A stretch of DNA of 16,790 bases from Candidatus Poribacteria bacterium (GTDB taxonomy: Bacteria > Poribacteria > WGA-4E > UBA9662), in assembly GCA_046582655.1 (NCBI GenBank), contig JAYGDX010000377.1, positions 1-16,790 on the forward strand. The letters run 5' to 3'. Each line of letters opens with the position of its first letter. Positions within the stretch are counted from its first letter, which is position 1. The notes beneath the pieces were generated by a model that ran no database searches, had not been told where the DNA came from, and saw nothing but the letters and a program-made list of their open reading frames with translations. The position numbers and the translations under genes are program-made. Of the stretch, positions 8,727 through 16,790 are shown piece by piece.

Positions 8727-8812
8727 TCCTGCCTGTTGTGCCCTCAACATGGGCAAACTTAGTTTCAATATATATTGCGGAGAGCACATCTCAAGTAACT
8801 GGAAAGTAAAAA

Positions 8813-9250
8813 ATGCTTCAAATGAAAACTTTTTTCCCCACGGAAGACGACTTCCAAGTAAGATGGCATCTGGTTGACGCGGAAGGTCAGATTCTCGGTC
8901 GCTTGGCATCACGGATTGCCACGATTCTGCGCGGGAAACACCACCCTGGTTTTACGCCACATTTTGATGCCGGGTTTCGGGTGGCTGTCGTAAATGCCGA
9001 GAAAGTTCGCCTAACTGGAAGGAAAGAAGAACAAAAAACATATTTCCGACACAGTGGCTATCCCGGCGGAGAAACACTGACACCGTACAAAGAACAGATG
9101 GAAAAGAAACCAGAAGAAATCATTAGGCACGCTGTACGAGGTATGGTTCCAAAGAACCGGCTGGGTAGCAAGTTGATGAAAGGGCTAAAAGTTTATGCCG
9201 GGCCGGACCATCCGCACCAAGCACAGAATCCGGAAGTCCTAGAATTCTAA
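8813..9250 (+). CDS. rplM: 50S ribosomal protein L13
   Basis: WHLVDAEGQILGRLASRIATILRGKHHPGFTPH, HSGYPGG, GMVPKNRLG, LKVYAGPDHPHQAQ. Alternative start at 8822. Confidence 0.99.
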   Translation: MLQMKTFFPTEDDFQVRWHLVDAEGQILGRLASRIATILRGKHHPGFTPHFDAGFRVAVVNAEKVRLTGRKEEQKTYFRHSGYPGGETLTPYKEQMEKKPEEIIRHAVRGMVPKNRLGSKLMKGLKVYAGPDHPHQAQNPEVLEF

Positions 9251-9279
9251 CACCTTAACTCAAGTTTATAGGGTAATTT

Positions 9280-9675
9280 ATGTCAACAGAACAATTTTGG
9301 GGTACAGGACGCAGAAAAACGTCTGTTGCCCGAGTGCGAATCATACCAAACGGATCCGGAGAGTTTGTGGTCAACAAAAAACCGATTGATGAATATTTTG
9401 ATCGGACAGATCATGTTACACTGGCGAGAAGCCCACTTGATCTAGTGGAAAAAACAAACAACTTTGATGTCTTTGTTAACGTTAAAGGCGGCGGAATTTC
9501 AGGGCAAGCTGGAGCTGTACTCCACGGGCTGTCGCGCGCTATAGTGAAAGCGGACGAATCCTGCAAGTCGACAATAAAGCGGGCTGGTTTTCTAAAACGT
9601 GATGATCGTATGGTGGAACGCAAAAAGTTCGGCCGAAAAGGCGCACGCGGCCGTTTCCAATTCTCCAAGCGTTAG
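9280..9675 (+). CDS. rpsI: 30S ribosomal protein S9
   Basis: GTGRRKTSVARV, VKGGGISGQAGA, C-terminal ERKKFGRKGARGRFQFSKR. Confidence 0.99.
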   Translation: MSTEQFWGTGRRKTSVARVRIIPNGSGEFVVNKKPIDEYFDRTDHVTLARSPLDLVEKTNNFDVFVNVKGGGISGQAGAVLHGLSRAIVKADESCKSTIKRAGFLKRDDRMVERKKFGRKGARGRFQFSKR

Positions 9676-10971
<1,296 letters not shown>

Positions 10972-10990
10972 ATAATTATTGCTTTAAACC

Positions 10991-11021
10991 TGTCAACCAT
11001 TTGCGGTTGACATTTGTATTT
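10991..11021 (+). terminator. probable intrinsic terminator after purA
   Basis: TGTCAACC (10991-10998)-ATTTGC-GGTTGACA (11005-11012), followed by TTTGTATTT. Confidence 0.5.
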
Positions 11022-11035
11022 CGAGTAAGTAATAT
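11007..11035 (+). promoter_or_regulatory. sigma70 promoter of the tRNA pair
   Basis: TTGACA (11007-11012)-17 nt-TAATAT (11030-11035), about 20 nt upstream of tRNA-Lys. Confidence 0.65.
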
Positions 11036-11056
11036 TTAGAGGTTTTTAAATCGTAT

Positions 11057-11129
11057 GAGTCGTTAGCTCAGTTGGTAGAGCATCTGACTTTTAATCAGAG
11101 GGTCGCAGGTTCGATCCCTGCACGACTCA
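11057..11129 (+). tRNA. tRNA-Lys (anticodon TTT), CCA not encoded
   Basis: Acceptor GAGTCGT/ACGACTC+A; D-arm GCTC-AGTTGGTA-GAGC; anticodon arm TCTGA-CTTTTAA-TCAGA; T-arm GCAGG-TTCGATC-CCTGC. Confidence 0.98.
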
Positions 11130-11560
11130 AATTTTAATGCCCTCTTCGTCTAGCCAGGTCAAGGACACCAGCCTTTCACGTTGGTAACGCGGGTTCAAAT
11201 CCCGCAGAGGGTATGTTGACTGGTGGGGGTAGTTCTTATCCTCGCCAGCAGTTTCCTTTCCACTCTCTCCAAGCCTAAAATCCACTTCCATTTTACGGTC
11301 AGGATAAGCTGTTATCCTTTCTATCAGTGCGTGTAGTGCCAATTTGCGAGAATCGTCTTGCTGTAATTCCTGTTTCAGGAGTTGTCTGAATCTATCCAGT
11401 GTCACTGGCTCGTCATTTTTTTCTTCTTTAATTGGGTTAACCGCTGATCCAGCTGTCGCTTCATCTCTATCTTGAGATGCACCTACTCCACCGAGATCAT
11501 TATGCTTGTCATACAGCTGGATAATCGCTACATACCGTCCACCTTGACTCTATATCTTTC
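11127..11560 (-). pseudogene. C-terminal remnant of a probable large serine recombinase/integrase reading into tRNA-Glu
   Basis: SRKLALHALIERITAYPDRKMEVDF resembles the C-terminal 'l..lIerI.v..d..i.i.f' segment of large serine recombinases. It is preceded in another frame by the coiled-coil-like LKIEMKRQLDQRLTQLKKKK, and the frame continues antisense through the tRNA (YPLRDLNPRYQRERLVS). No catalytic domain remains. Confidence 0.5.
11139..11213 (+). tRNA. tRNA-Glu (anticodon TTC), CCA not encoded
   Basis: Acceptor GCCCTCT/AGAGGGT+A; anticodon arm CCAGC-CTTTCAC-GTTGG; T-arm GCGGG-TTCAAAT-CCCGC. Confidence 0.97.
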
Positions 11561-11700
11561 CAGCAATTATAGTAATTTCACTAGTAGTTGGAAACACGAA
11601 AAGCCTCCTCGATCCAGAGTCAACGTTACCTGAGCCAGTTTATAGTTTAGAGTACTTACCCTTTCTACCAGTAAGCTCCACTATTCTTAGGAGATATACA

Positions 11701-13410
11701 ATGAGCAGCACAACCAAACCTCAACGTGATTTTCATCCTGACCGACGATCAGGGCTACGGTGATCTCTCCTGCTTGGGAAATCCAGTTTTGCATACACCA
11801 AACCTGGACCAACTATATAGCGAAAGTGTCCGCTGTACCGACTTCCACGTGGCACCTGTTTGTACACCCACGCGGGGCGAACTGCTGACCGGACGAGACG
11901 CATTATATAATTGATGCCTCTTTTGTCTGCATGGGGCGGGCACTACTCCGACCCGATTTGCCCACTATGGCTGATATTTTTGCTGACAACGACTACTATA
12001 CAGGTCATTTCGGCAAGTGGCACCTAGGTGTATAACTATCCCTACCGCCCCCAAGATCGTGGGTTTCAAGAAACCATTCACCATCCTTCCTGGGGTATTA
12101 CCTCTGCCGCCGACTATTTCGGCAACGACTACTTCGACGATCACTACCGCCACGGCGATCAGATTAAGCAGTATCAAGGCTACTGTACCAACATCTGGTT
12201 TGAACAAGCCATGGATTGGATCAACCGCTGTGAGAATCAGCCCTTCCTAGCCTATATCGCCACTAATGCACCCCACGGTCCATTGTGGGTGCCGGACCAC
12301 TACCGGGATCCCTATCGGAACCAGGTCAAAGCCAACGAGGCCAGTTTCTTCGGCATGATCGCTAACATCGACCAAAATCTTGGCCGACTGGACCAGTATC
12401 TGCATCAGAATGGACTACATGAGAATACAATCCTGATTTTCATGACCGACAATGGAACAGCTTCAGGAGAGAATGTGTTTAACGCTGACATGCGGGGCAA
12501 AAAGTCGTCGCTCTACGAGGGTGGCCACCGTGTTCCATTCTTTATCCGATGGCCTGACGGTAACATTCAGGGCGGGCGTGATGTTGAGTGCTTGGCCCGA
12601 AGCACCGATCTGCTGCCTACTCTGATAGACCTCTGCAAACTTAATTTACCAGATGGGCTAACCTTCGATGGTCTATCATTGGCAGACTCACTGCAAACAG
12701 GTCAACCGGTCTCAACTGAACGAGTTTCCGTCATCCAGTTCGGCCATCGTAATGAAGGTATCTGGGGCTATACGGCTGAAGACCAAGCCGCCGTCATGTG
12801 GCAGAATTGGCGACTAGTCAACGGCCACGAACTCTACAATGTCAACATCGATCCGGGCCAAAACAACGATCTGTCTGCAGAGCATCCTGACATCGTTAGT
12901 CAATTGCACGGACACTATCAGGCTTGGTGGGATGGTGTGGGACAAAATCTGAACCACTATCATCCGCTGACCATCGGCACGGCCAACGAAAATCCGATGC
13001 GACTCTGTAGTTGCGATTGGGCCTGGGTCTATGCCGACAACCAGAACAACATTCGCGGTTGTGTAATGGACAGCGGCACCTGGCATGTAGAGGTAGCCAA
13101 AGAGGACCGTTACAGCCTGACACTGCGTCGATGGCCTCAAGAGTCAGGGCTCGGTATCTCCGCACCAGCACCAGTGATGCAGGGAGTGGATGGCTTATGG
13201 CCGGAAGGCAAGGGACTACCAGTGGCCCCTGTCTGGTTACAAGCAGGTAATATCAAGCAACAGCAACCCGTTGTGCCGGATGCCACCCAAGTAACGTTTG
13301 AGACAGAACTAAAAACGGGCGCCACCACCTTCAAGAGTTGGTGGTATAATGCAGAAGGCGACACATTAGCCGGAGCCTACTACCTGACAGTCGAGCGATT
13401 GAGCGGTTAG
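11701..13410 (+). pseudogene. arylsulfatase (formylglycine-dependent, Cys-type) with three +1 frameshifts
   Basis: AGGAG SD and ATG 11701. Reconstructed N-terminus [24 protein letters not shown]...[12 protein letters not shown].../...[21 protein letters not shown]. Extra bases near 11722, 11912 and 12031; 12028-13410 is open. CxPxR motif intact. Confidence 0.9.
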
Positions 13411-14145
13411 AACCAGTTTTAAAATGGAAAGTAAGAGATCCCAGAGTTTAAGCCAAGTTGTAAATAAACTAGGATCTGATTTTAATAGCCGATCAATTAA
13501 CTCCATATTCGACGATCACAAACCTCATCTTCCCATCCAGAAAAGCCACAAAACCTAGATTCCCCCTTTTAACAGTATAAAAATGCCATACAACGGTTAC
13601 ATGACGGTGTTTTTCCATGGGGTTTTCTTGGCTTTCTCTTGGGATTTTCCTAGAGCAACCAATTGAGATTTGGTGAGTTTGCTAATATTAATAGGATTAA
13701 GTTAGCCTATGTATCCCCTAATGTTTCAGCAATGGTATTATTGAGATTATCTGGATTCTATATCCGTTTAGCAATCTGACGATAAAGCTCGCTACTTAGG
13801 CTTCGTCCATATCTTTAGTACACACATCTAAGATTTAGGTGTTGAATCAGAGTTTCATAACTGAAACCCGAACTTTGATCCGTAAGAGTACCTGTCAGGT
13901 AGTCAGATAAAAGGTCAACCTATCATCGCCCAATTGATCTTGAACCGGCCAGTTTCTCGTTGGTTGAGTCAAGATCCGCCGGCTGGAGTACATCGAAAAC
14001 CCAACACCGCTGTTCGCTGGCCGCCCACTCGACCGCCAGGGGCGAACTGAATTTGGTTATCAGGCCTACTACTACGTGCAGCCTAAACTATTGTCGATGT
14101 GCTGACGTGGGTTGTTCTCATTTCTTTATTTGGTGTCTACCTATT

Positions 14146-15339
14146 CTAGCCCTGCCACCTTTCCACCGTTGGTCCTAGCCCCTCCGTCTTCAGCTCCTCC
14201 TGTAGTACCACCGAGTCGCGCACCTCCTCGACGAACCGCCTCCACAGCCCGATGAGGCCGGACACCTCGGCTCTGGTTCTACCGCGGAACGCCCGTGCCG
14301 TGCCGTGCGCTCCACCGCCCAGCGTCGGTGGCAGCTGGCGAGCCATCCCGCAGAAACAGATGCTAGCGAGCTCGCACTCGACCAGCAGCGGCTCCAACAC
14401 ATCCGGATCCTTGCCTAGCACGCGCAGGTAGGCAGCGAGGAACGCCAGCTTTCTTGGGTTGCGGCCGCTACCCTTGGCACCATCACCGCAGAAGTGGTAG
14501 GCGAGGTCCTGTACCGCCTGGCTCACGCACGTGCCCTCGAAGTCGACGCACAACAACCCGCCAGCCGCGTCGAGGATGTTGCCATGGTGGAAGTCGCCGT
14601 GCGTCGTCACGGCGCGCGCCGCAACCGGGTGAGCGCAGACGAGCGCGCCCAGCTCCAGGTACTCCGCTAACAGGTCCTCCCGGCCGTCGTCTCCCTCCGC
14701 CATCAGAGGGCCGAACGATTCCCGAGGATCGTGCATATGCGCAAAGTAGCCCCAGATGTGGCTCGCGCGGGGAGCCGCCGCCATCCTCGGATGGGCAGAG
14801 ATGACCTCCTGCCGGTACTCCTCAAACCAGTTGCACGGCAGCTGGTGGACGTGGGCGAGCAGCTCTCCGATCCTCGCCCACTCCTCGACGGTGCCCGTCC
14901 GCCCTCTCGAGTCACGAAAGCTATGCCCGCGGATGTTGTCCGCAGCCCCGTCCGCCCACTCGTCAATGTGCCAGCCGTCGCCAGCCGCGAGCCGTCGTGG
15001 CCCGAGCCCCTCCGTGGAAAAGACCCTAGTCGCCGCCGCCATCCGGCGTACGAAGTAGGACGCACGATCCACTACCGGCTTGAGCCGACAGTGCAACGCA
15101 ACAGCTGGCGGACGAGGCTGCGGGGTGCACGCGTGTGTGACAGCCACCCTATAGGTCTTGCTACCTCCGCACCCACTCACATCCTCCACCTCAACAAGGT
15201 CTGCGTCGGCGCTGCGCCAGCCCAGGTCCACAGCCAGCGCGTGCGAGACGAGCTCGGCCAGCGAGCGGCTGCTCGCCCCGGGTTGGAGAGGCCCCGGCTC
15301 CTGTTGCAACACCCCGTCCATTATCTTGACATGCCACAT
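14146..15339 (-). CDS. choline/ethanolamine kinase-like (APH-family) phosphotransferase, ~70% GC
   Basis: Gly-rich DVSGCGGSKTYRV, GLGPRRL, Brenner motif HGDFHHGNIL, and CVDFE...QDLAY. ATG 15321 (MDGVLQQ) coincides with the GC jump and may be the true start. Confidence 0.85.
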   Translation of the reverse strand: MWHVKIMDGVLQQEPGPLQPGASSRSLAELVSHALAVDLGWRSADADLVEVEDVSGCGGSKTYRVAVTHACTPQPRPPAVALHCRLKPVVDRASYFVRRMAAATRVFSTEGLGPRRLAAGDGWHIDEWADGAADNIRGHSFRDSRGRTGTVEEWARIGELLAHVHQLPCNWFEEYRQEVISAHPRMAAAPRASHIWGYFAHMHDPRESFGPLMAEGDDGREDLLAEYLELGALVCAHPVAARAVTTHGDFHHGNILDAAGGLLCVDFEGTCVSQAVQDLAYHFCGDGAKGSGRNPRKLAFLAAYLRVLGKDPDVLEPLLVECELASICFCGMARQLPPTLGGGAHGTARAFRGRTRAEVSGLIGLWRRFVEEVRDSVVLQEELKTEGLGPTVERWQG

Positions 15340-15344
15340 AATCT

Positions 15345-15790
15345 ATAGTCGTTCCATCTGATCAAAGTACTGACACTCCAACCAATAGTGACCGCTGCTA
15401 CCTTCCATCTTGATCATTTTCAGCTCTACCAACTTTACCTGTCGCTCAATTTACCAGTTCAAGTCAGCCTGATAAGGATCAAAACCAAGCTGGATAATCT
15501 CCGCCGTTACTTGCTCTATTTGGCTACCCACTACTTTCGCTTCCAGACTATGACTCTTTAACCCTACTCCTAATGTGACCACTGCTATTTGCTGCCCGAA
15601 GGCCGGCGACAGTGGCAGACTGGAAATATCGGCCGGGATGCGTCGTTCGCAGGGCACATAAGTCTAGTAACTCTTTGGTAATCCCGTTGCTATTGACGTC
15701 AATCCGTAGCGATTGAGATTCATGTGCTCGCATCCATTCCATCTTGTTTTTGGTCTGGCTGAAAGTCTGCTCAACCGTCTCATTGACTCA
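15345..15790 (-). pseudogene. degraded ORF of unknown function
   Basis: Overlapping ORF fragments 15548-15742 and 15451-15657 in different frames. Protein-like reading continues past the TAA at 15451 (IERQVKLVELKMIKMEGSSGHYWLECQYFDQMERL). Confidence 0.35.
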
Positions 15791-15931
15791 TATGTGGCCA
15801 AAGAAGAGGTGGGAGTAAGAAATGAAGACGTCTGACATCAGAATAAAGAGGGACTAGTTTCTTACAGTTTATTGTATAGCAATGCAAATCAAAGGTCAAC
15901 AGAAGGAAATTAGGATGGCTTAAGGAAGAAG

Positions 15932-15965
15932 AAAAAAGGGTGCCAACTAAGGGCAGTTGATACCC
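15932..15965 (-). terminator. intrinsic terminator
   Basis: Minus strand GGGTATCAACT-GCCCTT-AGTTGGCACCC followed by TTTTTT. Confidence 0.6.
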
Positions 15966-15972
15966 GCCTGAT

Positions 15973-16005
15973 TACCCTGTACGGAAGTTGAACCTGTGTT
16001 TACCA
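15973..16005 (-). repeat. degenerate inverted copy of the tRNA-Glu 3' end (att-like remnant)
   Basis: Minus strand TGGTAAACACAGGTTCAACTTCCGTACAGGGTA versus tRNA-Glu 11182-11213 TGGTAACGCGGGTTCAAATCCCGCAGAGGGTA: 26/32 identical with one 1-nt gap by hand alignment. Confidence 0.5.
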
Positions 16006-16566
16006 TTGCTTTATCCCTCCTAAGTTTGGTCAGCTCATCTACTGAAAACACCTTGATTGCCCCACCTACAAGTTTCAACCTCGTAATCGAGCATCTTTTG
16101 ATTTATACTCCTCGTATTTGTCAAGTCAGGATCTAATTACATAATCTAAATAGCGGTATTAAGCAAAAAGTGCATTTCGACGTTATTGTATCCACTTTAA
16201 CCTCCATTTCGTCCGTTCCACACCTTTTTTATTCTCAAATTTGACACAAAGGTTATATTTGCCGCTGGAAGAGAGCCAATTATATTTGAATGGAAACAAA
16301 CATTTTTGAGACTATCCAACTTAACTAAGAAGTTTCCTCTCAACATCTCCTTTTAATATTGACCAATTTTTGCACAGTATTATTCATTTGCTGGACAATT
16401 CCCGTTTCAATACCCACTGACCATTCAGTTATTAACCCAGTTCTTTTTTTGGTATAAAACTTGCCAGCTTCTTGCACAATCGATCGGGTCAGGCTGATGA
16501 ATAGAATCGGTATCAAAACCTGTTTGATCTTGACGATTGGCCTAGGATACTCTATTGCATACCATA

Positions 16567-16790
16567 ATGAAAACGGTTAAAAAGGATTAAGAAGATAAGT
16601 ATAGAGTGATAAGGAATGGGAGATAATCAAAGACGAATTCCCTCGGCGAAAAAAAACAGGTGGCCCAAGGAGATATGAGATAAGAGAGGTGGTGAATGCG
16701 GTATTTTACACTTCCAGAGGAGGGTGTTCATGGCCAATGCTTCCCAATGACTTTCCCCCCTGGAAAAGTGTGTATGGGTACTTCAGGGAA
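16567..16790 (+). mobile_element. IS5-family (IS1031-like, DUF4096) transposase N-terminal fragment with a disrupted 5' end; runs off the window
   Basis: Frame 16605-16790 reads SDKEWEIIKDEFPRRKKTGGPRRYEIREVVNAVFYTSRGGCSWPMLPNDFPPWKSVYGYFRE. There is an in-frame TAG at 16602, and the ATG at 16567 is in another frame with a TAA at 16588. Confidence 0.88.

Larger units (their letters stand above)
11214..16790. mobile_element. decaying genomic island at the 3' end of tRNA-Glu (right boundary not resolved)
   Basis: Begins directly after the tRNA. Contains an integrase-like remnant, pseudogenes, an IS fragment and low coding density. GC is heterogeneous (sampled lines about 42%, 55% and 70%). Confidence 0.65.

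Noticed and set aside
13560..13830. Possible decayed minus-strand ORF (YGRSLSSELYRQIAKRI*NPDNLNNTIAETLG...)
   Set aside because: Multiple stops and no recognisable family, so it cannot be supported without a search.
13999..14062. attC-like imperfect palindrome (ACCCAAC...GTTCGC-TGGC...GCCA-GGG-GCGAAC...GTTATCA) downstream of the kinase gene
   Set aside because: R boxes are not complementary beyond AAC/GTT, spacers are off, and there is no integron integrase or second attC. The stretch also reads as a protein-like fragment (VKIRRLEYIENPTPLFAGRPLDRQGRTEFGYQAYYYVQP). IntegronFinder would settle it.
14190..15361. Several ORFs overlapping the kinase gene, including 14731-15348 (+, 205 aa)
   Set aside because: Expected stop-poor shadow frames in ~70% GC DNA; no motifs.
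13407..16531. Possible IS ends TTAGAACCAGTTTTAAAAT (13407) and AAAACCTGTTTGATCT (near 16515)
   Set aside because: Only a short AACCWGTTT core is shared, in the same orientation, with no target duplication identified.

Overview
Bacterial chromosomal segment, about 42% GC in hand-sampled lines. The gene content (planctomycete-type cytochrome c/DUF1549 protein, PhyH dioxygenase, sulfatase) would fit a marine Poribacteria/PVC-like organism, but that is inference. Positions 1-11213 are mostly backbone: a truncated PSCyt1/DUF1549 gene missed by the ORF track, a phage-type cupin gene, a plant-type anthranilate phosphoribosyltransferase-like (TrpD2-like) gene, a hypothetical gene followed by an unannotated 30-aa Arg/Lys-rich small ORF and a HAD hydrolase, proA, a PhyH dioxygenase, rplM-rpsI-purA, and tRNA-Lys(TTT) plus tRNA-Glu(TTC). 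Downstream of tRNA-Glu is a decaying genomic island. It holds a probable serine recombinase C-terminal remnant reading into the tRNA, a sulfatase with three +1 frameshifts, an intact ~70% GC choline/ethanolamine-kinase-like gene of apparently eukaryote-like type, degraded ORF fragments, an inverted degenerate copy of the tRNA-Glu 3' end next to a terminator, and an IS5-family transposase fragment at the right edge. Family assignments come from motifs and recalled homology, not from searches.
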